Positions 23,738 to 35,982 of a stretch of 64,000 bases of DNA are shown one piece after another; within the stretch, counting starts at the first letter, position 1; each line of letters starts with the position of its first letter. Origin of the DNA: Mytilus californianus. Taxonomy: Eukaryota. Where the stretch lies: NCBI RefSeq assembly GCF_021869535.1, contig NW_026262684.1, forward strand, positions 1,798,001 to 1,862,000, in the 5' to 3' direction. The notes beneath the pieces are model-generated. The model was not told where the DNA came from. It made no database searches and worked only from the letters and a program-made list of their open reading frames with translations. Made by a program: the position numbers and the translations under genes.

Positions 23738-25315
23738 TTAATATCCTCCTTTCATCATTGGCATTGGCATTGGCATTGGCATACCAGGCTTCATCATGTC
23801 CATCATTTTCATTGGCATGGACATAGGCATATCAGGCTTCATCATGTCCATCATTTTCATTGGCATGGGCATTGGCATATCAGGCTTCATCATGTCCATC
23901 ATTTTCATTGGCATGGACATAGGCATATCAGGCTTCATCATGTCCATCATTTTCATTGGCATGGGCATTGGCATTGGCATTGGCATGGGCATTGGCATTG
24001 GCATTGGCATTGACATTGGCATATCAGGCTTCATCATGTCCATCATTTTCATTGGCATTGGCATATCAGGCTTCATCATGTCCATCATTTTCATTGGCAT
24101 TGGCATATCAGGCTTCATCATGTCCATCATTTTCATTGGCATGGGCATGGGCATTGGCATATCTGGCTTCATCATGTCCATCATTTTCATTGGCATTGGC
24201 ATATCAGGCTTCATCATGTCCATCATTTTCATTGGCATTGGCATGGGCATTGGCATGGGCATTGGCATGGGCATTGGCATATCCGGCTTCATCATGTCCA
24301 TCATTTTCATTGGCATTGGCATATCAGGCTTCATCATGTCCATCATTTTCATTGGCATTGGCATATCAGGCTTCATCATGTCCATCATTTTCATTGGCAT
24401 GGTCATTGGCATTGGCATATCAGGTTTCATCATGTCCATCATTTTCATCTGCATTGGCATTGGCATATCAGGCTTCATCATGTCCATCATTTTCATTGGC
24501 ATTGGCATATCAGGCTTCATCATGTCCATCATTTTCATTGGCATTGGCATGGGCATTGGCATATCTGGCTTCATCATTTCCATCATTTTCATCATTGGCA
24601 TGGGCATGGGCATTGGCATATCAGGCTTCATCATGTCCATCATTTTCATTGGCATTGGCATGGGCATTGGCATATCTGACTTCATCATGTCCATCATTTT
24701 CATTGGCATGGGCATTGGCATTGGCATATCAGGCTTCATCATTTCCATCATTTTAGGCATTTTGTCCATTTGTGGCATCATTTCCATCATCATAGGCATC
24801 ATTTCCATTTTCATTGGCATCATATCCATTTTCGGCATCATTTCCATCTTTCCTTTCATCTCCATCATTTCTTTCATTTTCATCATGTCCATCATTTCTT
24901 TCATTTTCATCATTTCCATCATTTTGCCTTTCATATCCATTTTACCATTCATCTCCATCATTTTCATCGGCATCATCTCCATCATCATAGGCTTCATTGG
25001 CATCATTTCCATCATGCCACCTTTGCCGTCCATTCCGCCCATCATTTCCATCGGCATCTCAGGCTTCATTTGCTTCATGTCCATCATGCCACCTTTATCA
25101 CCCATTCCGCCCATCATTTCCATCATGCCACCTTTGCCGCCCATTCCGCCCATCATTTCCATCGGCATCTCAGGCTTCATTGGCATCATTTCCATCATGC
25201 CACCTTTGCCGCCCATTCCGCCCATCATTTCCATTGGCGGTGGCATCTTTTTCATCGCATAGGCATTTACGCTAGCCAATATGGCTGCAGTTATAAGTAC
25301 GATTAAAGTTGCCAT
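23738..25315 (-). CDS. Secreted methionine-rich repetitive protein 1 (525 aa), hinge-ligament Met-rich protein-like
   Basis: True start MATLIVLITAAILASVNA-YAMKK lies 20 nt after splice acceptor ttttcag|gattc (25335). GGMGGKGG block, MKMKEMMDMMKMKE core, many KMMDMMKPDMP(MP)n repeats, ends MMKGGY. Confidence 0.92.
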   Translation of the reverse strand: MATLIVLITAAILASVNAYAMKKMPPPMEMMGGMGGKGGMMEMMPMKPEMPMEMMGGMGGKGGMMEMMGGMGDKGGMMDMKQMKPEMPMEMMGGMDGKGGMMEMMPMKPMMMEMMPMKMMEMNGKMDMKGKMMEMMKMKEMMDMMKMKEMMEMKGKMEMMPKMDMMPMKMEMMPMMMEMMPQMDKMPKMMEMMKPDMPMPMPMPMKMMDMMKSDMPMPMPMPMKMMDMMKPDMPMPMPMPMMKMMEMMKPDMPMPMPMPMKMMDMMKPDMPMPMKMMDMMKPDMPMPMQMKMMDMMKPDMPMPMTMPMKMMDMMKPDMPMPMKMMDMMKPDMPMPMKMMDMMKPDMPMPMPMPMPMPMPMPMKMMDMMKPDMPMPMKMMDMMKPDMPMPMPMPMKMMDMMKPDMPMPMKMMDMMKPDMPMPMKMMDMMKPDMPMSMPMPMPMPMPMPMPMPMPMKMMDMMKPDMPMSMPMKMMDMMKPDMPMPMPMKMMDMMKPDMPMSMPMKMMDMMKPGMPMPMPMPMMKGGY

Positions 25316-27484
25316 GATTTGAGACACGACGAATCCTGAAAAACAAAAAGAATACGTCACTAGTAGAATAAATAAATAATCCAAACAGCTATTTTCGATT
25401 TACGTTTTAGGATATGAAATTTCCATACATTTTTTATCTCGAAAGTAGCCAAATGTTCTGTACATAAGTCTGATTAACAAACCTGAAAGGTGGCATGGAT
25501 AGATATTGCAATCTTTTTTTTTATAGCTTAATATATTTGATCTTAAAAGATTATATTGTATTTTCGATTGATAACCATGTGTCTGTTTGATACGGTTGGA
25601 GGTCTTTCAATGAGGATAAGACTGTCCGCCTAGCACTTTGACTAAACTGCTGAACATAAAATATTATTGTATTTTATTCTATCAAATTTAGAAAAGTAAA
25701 TTTTCCATTGAAACATTTACTGCTTCTAGTTAACTGTCTTTACATTTGCTGCAATTAACATGTTTCTTTTACGGGAAAACATGTTACAAGCAAACACAAG
25801 ATCGATACATTCTCATTGCAAAAATTATTTAATATATGCGAAAAAAAGAATAAAAAAAAAATGCTGAGGATCGACATTTTACCTACAAATGTGTCAATTA
25901 TATCTACAAATCATCTTCACCTCAACGCTACCAACTTACAGTATACGATCTCCTTTATTGCATATATATACTTAATGTCAAACATGTCCATATACATGTA
26001 CTTATATATGTATGGGAAAAAACATAAGACTGAAAATGCACTAAATATTTATATTCAATATGAATATTTACATAAAGTCGATCAAGACATTAAATTGTTT
26101 TAAAATTTTCTTCATCATTTCCTTCCGGTTTCACTATTTCACAAATATGCATGGATATAGTTGCTTGCGATATATATATATTTTTTAATTGATATTTGCT
26201 GACTTAACTCTTTTTTGACACGACTCGGTTGACGCTATAAATTGGAATTTATACAAAATATATTGTAACCATTGTAACTCTATATAAAATGAAATTTTAC
26301 CATAAACGCAATGGTATGTTCGTGCATATATGAAATTGACATTAGAATACCCAAGTTGGTAGTTGAAAAGGCCTGTCGATGAACGAAAAAGGCAAATTAT
26401 TAATAGATCAGAAGGTGGAATTTGTCAGTCAATGTAATTTGCAAACGGCAAAAGTAAATCTGTAAACGTTCTTGAACAGATATTATTGAAAAAGCAAATT
26501 TGCATTTAAAATTTTACGAATAAAGTGAAACATTATACATGATTAAGTGACTGCATTTCAGAGACTAGTTTAAAAAGCGATTATTGTAAAAACTGGAACA
26601 ACAGTTGAAGATTTGTTTAGGCTGACCAAACATCAATGGTTTAATAATAGAATGCCGAATAATGTTACGTTCATGTAGTGTATATATCTTTCCTATGTCG
26701 ATTTCAAAGTCGACATTTGTATCGGCAAATGTTAACTTTAGAAAATGTTTATACATTTTTATCTCGAATGTAGCCAAATGTTCTGTACATTAGTCTGGTT
26801 AACAAATACGGAAGGATGGCATGGACAGATATTTCACTGTCATTTTTTACAGCTGAATATTTTTTATCTTTAAAGATTATATAGTATTTTCGATTGATAA
26901 CCATGTGTCTGTTTGATACGATTGTAAGTTTTGAATGGAGATAATAATGTCTGTCGTATACTTTGAACATACTGCTGAACCGAAATATTAGCGTATGAAT
27001 TATATTTTATTAAATTAAGATATAACATAAAAAATAGTTTATTCTATCAAATTTAGAAAAATTTACTTTACCTTTAAAGATTTACTACTTTCAGCTGTTA
27101 AAAACTGTCCTTACATTTGCTGCAAATACTATGTTTCATTTACAGGAAAATATATGTGACATTGCTAAATGCTTTTAGAAAGTTCACACAACTATTGTGT
27201 TTATTGTATTTGAGATATTGGCATATTGGTTATTGTTTGACTACTGCTGGCAAACTTGATCTTGTAAAAAATAGCTTTTTAAGGTCCCTTATAGTTATGT
27301 AGCTCTTCATGTGATTAGGTCTTGTACATTCTTGGCTTTCTAATGTTTGTGTTTGATTGTTTCTTATGAAAGTAAATCAGCATGATGGAAAAAGCGCGTC
27401 AGACGCACCAAATTAATATAGTTTTTATTTTCATTTAATATTCTAATAATGATTTAATTTTAGTTTGAAGCAGTCACTTATTTA

Positions 27485-27691
27485 CTGTAAATTCAGAAAT
27501 TATTGCGTGAATTTATTATTGCGATTTTTGAAGAATGGACATAAATGCAAGATTAATTATTGCAATTTCAGGAAAAGCTGCATACAGATATATGCATCAG
27601 ATATCAGAATGCGAGTTCTTATTATTGCGATACTCACACAGTCGCATTATTCGCATTAATAAAAACCTCGCAATAATTTCTGAATTTACAG
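27485..27691. mobile_element. MITE with 23-bp perfect TIRs and a TA target-site duplication
   Basis: TA-ctgtaaattcagaaattattgcg ... cgcaataatttctgaatttacag-TA; the empty site cacttattTAtgtttatcc is seen in the paralogous intron near 49363. Confidence 0.9.
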
Positions 27692-28508
27692 TATGTTTAT
27701 CCGTCGTAAAACGTTTTCATGGTAAAAATCAATGTTATAAATTTTACACTTTCAAATGTTTCGGTTTTTTATAATGAAATAACAGTTGCATTAAATTGGT
27801 GCGTCCGAAACGCCCTTCTGGATGTATCGTCATTAGGAAAGATCAATCCTTTACGTTTGAAATCCAAGTATAAAATTGAGAATGGAAATGAGGAATGTGT
27901 CAAAGAAACAACAACCCGACCAAAGGGCAGATAAATAGATACCTGATGCCCCGCATGGGGGTGTCAAAGTAATCACATAATCATTAATCATTTTTTCAAA
28001 CAAGATATTCAAATAATCAAAAACACAGTCCTAGATTAACAAATAATAAAAAAATCATGAAATATTTGGTCTGGTAATCAAATAATCACTATAAAAACGG
28101 CTAAGTAATCACATAATCAAAAACACCCTGAGGATGCTCTGAAATCCCAGGATGAATAGATACTGGAATACGTGAGTATTTACAGGACCAAAAGGGACTA
28201 TGACGAATAAGTCCTTTGTACATGTTGTATGGAATACAATTGTATTAGGTCGTGAACTAAAGGTCTATGTATGTCTATGTATGTATGACCAAAAATTGTC
28301 TGAAAATTTCTTAGTATTGAGCGTTTGATTAAAGTTTGAAACAAAAATGGTGTTATTACTTTAGATTATTATTAAAACCGAACAAAAATCCATTTTATAT
28401 GAATATAAATCCCATATCTTTGTATTTTTCTCTTATCAGGACGATAGTCGCACCCATCCAATTTATGTGGTATACTGAAGGTTGATAATGAGAAATGTAA
28501 TTTCTTAC

Positions 28509-28570
28509 CTGAGTTTTCCCTAGGCGGCAAGTTTGTATCGATGGAAAGCCAAGGAAAGTTCTGCGATCGC
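28509..28570 (-). other. Non-coding exon 1 of Met-rich gene 1 (intron 25336-28508); transcription start approximate
   Basis: Donor CTCAG|GTAAG; the ~60-nt block is conserved in all four units and sits ~25 nt downstream of a TATA-like box. Confidence 0.75.
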
Positions 28571-28587
28571 TTCCATTAACATTCGCC

Positions 28588-28633
28588 TATTTATGCAACC
28601 TATAATTTTTGCTAATTAAGCTCATTACGTAAT
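28588..28633 (-). promoter_or_regulatory. Promoter of Met-rich gene 1: CATAAATA box plus ATTACGTAAT palindrome
   Basis: Same spacing in the four paralogous units. Confidence 0.65.
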
Positions 28634-28999
28634 AAAACATATGTTTTATTAAAAATATTCCTCGACTTTTATTTTCATCAAAATTATGTAATAGGCAATA
28701 CACGATAGCTATGTCTGACACCTTTTTTGTCAAATAATACATAATCTTTTTCACATCATAAAATGAATACTACAGATGATACAACTACTATGTTAGGGTT
28801 CATATGATAACATGCTTTTTCATTGCGTTTTTAATTCATTGACATATTTCCCACAGCTTTCTTAATTCATAGAAATGAATACTAAAGTACATGGTGTAAA
28901 AGTGTTATAAATGTAAATATCTACATTTAACGCCATTTGATTCGTATCATTCTTAAATTCTTTTGCAAATGATTTGAAATATTCTTTTCTAACATGAAG

Positions 29000-29072
29000 G
29001 AGCAATTATTGTGGTGGTGCATGTAGTCGTTTATGTCATGGAGACAAATATGTCCCTCTTGAAAACTATGTG
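29000..29072 (+). pseudogene. Orphan copy of the NYCGGAC exon of Cys-rich gene 2 (frameshifted)
   Basis: gagcaattattgtggtggtgcatgtagtcg...tgtg|gtaag; 73 nt, so the wrong end phase; reads SNYCGGACSRL. Confidence 0.8.
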
Positions 29073-32000
29073 GTAAGACAAAAAGGGCATACGATACAGA
29101 AAAGTTTTCTCATTGTTTATTCTTCAAAATTGACAATATGTCCATTTTTTCAGTAAGATTGAAATGCACAAAGACAAATATGGGTCATTATAAAAAAACA
29201 TGCATATTTTGACTAGGGATGTTTCGGAAAACTGATGATATTGTTTTAAAAATTTAAATATGTCCTGCTATTCTGAAATATGGTAGCAGGCTATATTCAG
29301 AAATATGCAATGGACAAAATTAGGAGTCCCTTCAATTTTCACAATTTTAAGGTCATCCTTTGATAGAATCATGTCAATGAAGTTACCAATATAAAAACAA
29401 GCTTTAAGTTATTACAAATATTTTTAAGTACCAAACAACTGTTCCAATTTTTGGGTTAAGGTTTAAATTACTACTTATTGACATCATTTTTATAGGTATG
29501 CATTATAATTGAACATAAATTTCAGAATAAATTATTGTAAAAAACGTAGCTGTCCTAATTATGGTTGTTGTTAATATTAAATAATACACTAAAACTGAAT
29601 ATATGTAAAATGTGTAAGGCTGAATGATTAGACAATGTCTAATCCTTCGTATACAGCATAAAAAAACTTGTATTTAATTATAAAAAAATAAGAATTATTG
29701 CATGTGTATATAGTAACACCACTGACCCTTTAGTAACTAAAATGACACAAAAGTATCACCATTGACAACAAAATCAAATTTCACTTTTATATAAAGTACT
29801 GAACACAAAACAAAGAACACTAAGCAAAAGGAAAAGAAAAAAAAAACTAATTCTTAGGCTAAAACATCCCAAATTATATAACATAACATCAATAACTAAA
29901 AATTCAATAGTGTTACTTAATATGTGTTACCAGCATATACCAGTTTGTGAAAACTTGGTATAGTCAATACATTTTATTGTTAAAATATTGTTAAGTAAGT
30001 ATTATATTTCATAAAAAGTATGATGTTTCCGTTGCTAAACATGCAAAATACACAAAAAAATGCTGATTGTCATAATATATTCAGACGTGTTACTAAACTG
30101 GTCAATGGTGTTACTTTATTAAAGTGGTCTCACCATTGACAGTAACACCAACGTCGTACAGGTGTATTTTTAGATTTAGTTGCCAATTAAGTGCTTTCTA
30201 CCCCTATTTTATATGTTGTTCCTGTGCATGTGTCTACAACCAATATATTTTCATAAATCAAGTTCAGGAAATCTTTTGGAAAATGATTTTTATAAGGGTA
30301 CACCATGGACACCAAATTCATTTACGATACAGTTTTTACTTACATTAAAGATTTTTTCACTAATTTTCAACACAGATTTTTTTTTTGTCGTCTGCATTAC
30401 ATGCTTACAGGTACTTTTGCTAGGGGAGAAGCTAATGTAAATGCTGAAATCTTGAGAAAGATCACTCTTACCCAACCAATTTGTCTTTTGGTTACACCAG
30501 TGACTTAAAAAAAATGAGACTCTTCTTTTTATTTAAATTTTTATTATAAAACCAACATACACTTTCTTAATTAATAAAAATTGTTTGTATATATCAAAAT
30601 GCAATAAATAGTGATAAATCCTAATAAAAAAAGGATATGCATTATAGTCATATTTAAGGTCTGAAAGGTACTATATGAAAAAATAACAGTTATTTCTGGC
30701 TATATCCAAGGGTTTCAGAAAACATTAAGGATATCGCTTATAACATTTCATACTGTAAACTGTATAAATTGTATCAGTAAACATTAATAGCTAACATATA
30801 AAAGTGTTATCTTGATAAAGTGTCATGTCTGTGACAAAAAAAAAGACCAATCACATATATTTGCATGTTGTTTTTATAATGACACATATACATTTATGAT
30901 TTACTTTTGAGATCTTTCAGTTTGATTTTGACCTGTTTTTATACTTTTCGAAAAACAGCAAAATTTCAAAAAGATATTTGTTTGGAAAGTGTTTCAATTA
31001 TAAAATGCATAGTACTTTTGTCCAAATATTGTATATAAGCAAAAACTTTCCTTCGTGTAAATTTCATTCTTGGTCTACACTTAATCTCAAAACTCATAGC
31101 ATATCTACTATTCCAGTCAAAGGTGGTTAGCGGCGTTGCGATGCTTAGTTCATTACAAAATTATGTATGAAATGAGACTGAATTATTCATTTACATATGT
31201 TTGTTACTTAACTTCTTCATTCCTTGCCTTTGAATATCTGCGTATAACTTCAAGTTTTGTAATTGCAAAAGGGCCTGTGTCATTATCTCATAAATTTAAC
31301 CAATGGAAAAGATTTAATCTTACAAAAGCCACAACTAAGCCTCAATGAATACATAATGAAAAATGTTATAAACTTACGATTAAGTACTAAATGTTCTGTT
31401 CAAGGTGACAATGAATATTGAAAGAACAACATGCTGATTTTGGTTACAAGATTCTTCTCAAAGTAAAAATGTATTTCAATAATAGCCAAAACAAGTGACT
31501 CTTGTCTTTTCTGTTCAAATCAGATAGCAATGAATGTTTACCGAAATACGTATTTTGCAAATTTTTGTTCCATGTGATTCAATAACCTGTAATTAAACCA
31601 CAAATTTGCCTGATGTTCATAGAGATTTGATTTCTAATCAATATTCATAATTTATCGGGCCAGATCTTTAATTCAGAAACTAATAATGTTCAAACAGAAA
31701 CATGTCTCGCCTTTTTGCTATTTTGACAGTAAATGCATATGTTGAAATTAATAAATCATATTATTATATAGGGAACAGATATACAATTAACCATATATCA
31801 GGAATTGCACAACATTTATAAAGTTATATTTTAAATAAAGGCCTCCTATGATCATTCGAATGCCCTACTATGCGAGCTACCTGAACTACACACAAAAATC
31901 GTCAAATCTCGTTTAATCTCGGATTCTTGTAAGTATTGTACAACTTATTTGTCCATCTTTTTAACTCGTTCTCCTACTTCTATTAAGGATCTTTGTAATT

Positions 32001-32599
32001 TCATTCGGTTGAACAAAGAGAATAAGAATGAAATTTATTTCTCCGGAGTGTTTTCATTGTTTGTATGTATAGATGACGTTTTGGTTTTTCCGCTTTTTGG
32101 CATGGTTCGCGGGAATTTTTCCAATAGTACTTCACTCAGCATGATAACATTCTTCTGGTCGCCTGTTAAATCTTTTAGTCAGTTTGATTATTTATATTTT
32201 GAAAGTAGGTTTGCATATGTTTCTATGTATATATGTATATATATCCATATTGTTTTATGACTTATAATAAATACATATAACAGCATCGTTTATCCACTTT
32301 ATATACGTTATATTTCATCTTATATTCAAAAATCTTAAACATAGAATACAGGCTTTTCCTTCGTTTAACATCGACTGTTCTTTTTATTGTATTTAGTCAG
32401 ACAATGATGAACTGTGGAGAGTGAAAAATTCTTTAGTGTTTTAGATCAATTATGTGATTTTGATCGTCCTTTCAGTTAGGTTGACAGTTATGACTCTCTC
32501 ACCACTACACTCCAATACAATCTGATCAAACTCTTTTTTCTTATTTGATTCAATGGTCCTCTAAAAAATGTGATAGCAAATGTATTTTCAGAAACTCAT

Positions 32600-32985
32600 G
32601 TAAAAGAGCGAAGAATAACGAACAAATGTTCAAACTTATAAGTCGAAAACAAACTAACAATGTCAAGACAAAACGACGAAAAATGACGAAAGGACAAACA
32701 ACAGAATACATAGAAAAATACAGACTGAGCAACAACAAAAAAATTGGGGTGATCTCTGGCGATCCGGAATGGTAAAAAACCCGCATTCACATGTTGCATC
32801 CGACGTGTTGCTCATGAAAGTACAAAACGATGATCAGTCTAGTTCGGTAGGTCACATTCGAGGAATAGTGGTCCGAATTGTGGTTACATCATCGTCATCT
32901 ATGAAACAGATATTCAATAACAGTCACCAACTCGTGATGGCGTTTGTAAAATTTTCGAAGGCAAGATTTCAACTTCAACACATGG
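32600..32985 (-). mobile_element. PLE 3'-end fragment (RT C-terminus plus 3' UTR)
   Basis: Matches 4075-4480, including caccaactcgtgatggcgt. Confidence 0.75.
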
Positions 32986-33059
32986 AAATTTTGGTTACTA
33001 CAAAACGTTCTTTTGTAATGAAAAGGGTAAATATGCTAGGTATAACTACTGAAAGTGTA

Positions 33060-33720
33060 AAGAAATGAAAAAGACTATAAATATCTCCTTGACAACATTA
33101 TATAGTTACGTAAGTTTGTACACAAATGGAAGACAATTCTATGCACTCCAATTGCATCCCTTCAATCAGAAACTGTATATTCCAATTCGTTAGCTGTTCT
33201 AGCATCTGAAGTGACGTTATATATAGATTTCAATGAACGTAACATATGTATCACTGGTGAATTATAACGTCAAGGATTTCGCTGCTACCATGAATTACTT
33301 TAAAACTTTACTAACTTCTTTCATAGCAACACAATTTGTGTTTCGAACCTCTAGAAAAACTGATGACAATGGGGATATCACAACCTCATTTTTACGGTGA
33401 TGTTCTTTATAGAGCCCATCAATTTCGATACGATCCATGAATAAACTTATTCTAAAGGGTTATCAATCTAACATGGTTATAAATTTTTTGATCGGTACTA
33501 AAATTGATTTTGTTTATTGATAAATTAAAACATATGTAAATATATGTTCCTATACATTTATGAACATTTACGTCTTACTTCGTGTCGATGGTTACATTAC
33601 TTGTGTATTATACAGTTTCGTGTACCCTTAATGTGATACTTTGTCTCCGAAGTCTTTTATTAGTTGTTTGTGTGCTTTGTGTCGATCTGATGAAGCCTTT
33701 TCAACTACAATTTACAGTTT
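33060..33720 (+). mobile_element. Highly decayed 3' part of a second PLE-like family, homologous to 54260-54840
   Basis: Shared blocks ccatgaattactt, cttattctaaagggtt and ttgataaattaaaacata; a GIP-like remnant at 54280. Confidence 0.45.
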
Positions 33721-33809
33721 GTTCGTATGATGTACTTTAACTCCACTGTTCCAGCTTTTGAAAGGGGTGAACGCTCTCAAACATTTTAAAATCAGCAACA
33801 TTCGTTATA

Positions 33810-34088
33810 TGCCTGTCCGAAGTCAGGAGCCGGTAATTCAGACCTTTTCTTGCAGGTTGCTGTCTGTCATATTTATTGTTTGTGCAGAAAACAGGTCTTT
33901 GGTTTTCTCGTTTGAATCGTTTTCCATTTTGTCAAATCAATGCTGCCTTGTACAGCTTACTATACGGTATGGGTTTTGCTAATTGTTGATGGCCGTACAG
34001 TGACCAATAGGTACTTGCATGTGATTCATCTAGTCCCTGGTTTATATTTGTCTCATTGGCAAGCATACAACAGCTTTTCATTTTTATA
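33810..34088 (+). mobile_element. Dispersed repeat family Y
   Basis: Same body and tail. Confidence 0.7.
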
Positions 34089-34913
34089 TTACATGTAGCA
34101 GGATGTGTTTGCCTTGTCAAGGCACATTGTCTCACTCCATTTGGAATTAATGTGTACATGGGTACTAAGTGTATCTTTGTATCAACTAAATCAGATTGTG
34201 GATTATAAATTTATTTTACAGTGATTAAGATTATAACATTATGTTGACTGCTGGACCCCATTTTTTGACATTTTTATCTACTATGTCTGTTTGCTTTGGT
34301 CGCACATTTTCTACATAAGGAAATGCCTGTACCAAGTCAGGATTACGACAGTTGTTTTCCATTCGTTTGATGTGTTTGAGCTTTTGATTTTGCCATTCGA
34401 TAAGGGACTTTCCGTTTTGAATTTTCTTTTGAGTTTTTTAACTTTTTGCAAACAAAAGGAATCATATGAAAGATGTACGGCCTTTGGATAGGTCAATCTA
34501 TATTTTTGCAAATTTTTCAAGTCAATCAAGAGAAGATGATACTGGGGGAATATAAAAACAACATAATTCGAAGAAATACAAACAACACGATGGCAAAACA
34601 GACAACCCATAGTATAGAAAATATTGCATGTGGAGGACACCAAAATTAACTTTCAATTTGTTAGTGACGAATATAAACCTCTCATTTGCAGAATATATTT
34701 CACAAATGTCTGTCGCTTGTCCCGAGCTACTGCCGGCATGTTCATAGACGGAAGTGACCTGTTAGGGGTAAATGGTTACGAAATGTTAAGCTCACTTAGC
34801 CATGTAATCTTATCTATTTTATTTCCATTTGTACGACTTTCCAAATTTGTCATTCGTTTACTAAGTAGTAACTGAAAACAGTAAACAACACTTTATTATG
34901 AATGATATATACA

Positions 34914-34919
34914 TTTATT
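34914..34919 (-). terminator. Polyadenylation signal, Met-rich gene 2
   Basis: AATAAA on the - strand; a second one at 34892-34897. Confidence 0.55.
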
Positions 34920-34989
34920 TCGCAACTTATCTACAACTGTTTTAATTTAATATAATATGTAAATATTCATCAGTTTGAAGAATCGTGTT

Positions 34990-35982
34990 TTAATATCCTC
35001 CTTTCTTCATTGGCATTGGCATTGGCATATCAGGCTTCATCATTTCCATCATTTTCATTTTCATTGGCATTGGCATATCAGGCTTCATCATTTCCATCAT
35101 TTTCATTTTCATTGGCATTGGCATATCAGGCTTCATCATTTCCATCATTTTCATTGGCATTGGCATATCAGGCTTCATCATTTCCATCATTTTCATTGGC
35201 ATGGGCATAGGCATATCAGGCTTCATCATTTCCATCATTTTCATTGGCATCATTTCCATCATTTTCATTGGCATCATTTCCATCATTTTCATTGGCATTG
35301 GCATATCAGGCTTCATCATTTCCATCATTTTCATTTTCATTGGCATTGGCATATCAGGCTTCATCATTTCCATCATTTTCATTTTCATTGGCATTGGCAT
35401 ATCAGGCTTCATCATTTCCATCATTTTCATAGGCATCATTTCCATCATTTTCATTGGCATCATTTCCATCATTTTAGGCATCATTTCCATTTTTGGCATC
35501 ATTTCCATCATTTTAGGCATCATATCCATTTTCATTGGCATCATATCCATTTTGGGCATCATTTCCATCATTTTAGGCATCATTTCCATCTTTCCTTTCA
35601 TCTCCATCATTTCTTTCATTTTCATCATGTCCATCATTTCTTTCATTTTCATCATTTCCATCATTTTATCTTTCATTTCCATCATTTCCATCATAGGCTT
35701 CATTGGCATCATTTCCATCATGCCACCTTTATTGCTCATTCCGCCCATCATTTCCATCGGCATCATAGGCTTCATTGGCATCATGTCCATCATGCCACCT
35801 TTATCGCCCATTCCACCCATCATTTCCATCATGCCATCTTTGCCGCCCATTCCGCCCATCATTTCCATCGGCATCATAGGCTTCATTGGCATCATTTCCA
35901 TTGGCGGTGGCATCTTTTTCATCCCATAGGCGTTAACGCCAGCCAATATGGCTACAGTTGTAAGCACCAAAAATGTTGCCAT
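34990..35982 (-). CDS. Secreted methionine-rich repetitive protein 2 (330 aa)
   Basis: MATFLVLTTVAILAGVNA-YGMKK after acceptor tttttag|gtttc (36002); KMMEMMKPDMPMP repeats; ends KKGGY. Confidence 0.92.
   Translation of the reverse strand: MATFLVLTTVAILAGVNAYGMKKMPPPMEMMPMKPMMPMEMMGGMGGKDGMMEMMGGMGDKGGMMDMMPMKPMMPMEMMGGMSNKGGMMEMMPMKPMMEMMEMKDKMMEMMKMKEMMDMMKMKEMMEMKGKMEMMPKMMEMMPKMDMMPMKMDMMPKMMEMMPKMEMMPKMMEMMPMKMMEMMPMKMMEMMKPDMPMPMKMKMMEMMKPDMPMPMKMKMMEMMKPDMPMPMKMMEMMPMKMMEMMPMKMMEMMKPDMPMPMPMKMMEMMKPDMPMPMKMMEMMKPDMPMPMKMKMMEMMKPDMPMPMKMKMMEMMKPDMPMPMPMKKGGY

Noticed and set aside
23760-24730. CRISPR-like repeat-spacer array
   Set aside because: Repeats are in-frame coding units without unique spacers, in a spliced eukaryotic gene; no cas genes
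23796-25306. Long + strand ORFs (Ile/Gly-rich 488 aa, Ala/Leu-rich, His-rich)
   Set aside because: Antisense shadows of the Met-rich gene: codons ATG, CCA, AAA, GAA and GAT rarely produce TTA, CTA or TCA, so the opposite strand lacks stops. No signal peptide, splice or promoter support
25316-25384. Upstream in-frame starts for Met-rich genes 1, 2 and 4 in the ORF track
   Set aside because: They lie upstream of a conserved splice acceptor, inside the polypyrimidine tract, and are not conserved; gene 3 has none
29713-30510. Scattered gtaacaccattgac inverted and direct motifs
   Set aside because: Probably subterminal repeats of a decayed DNA transposon, but termini and TSD could not be defined
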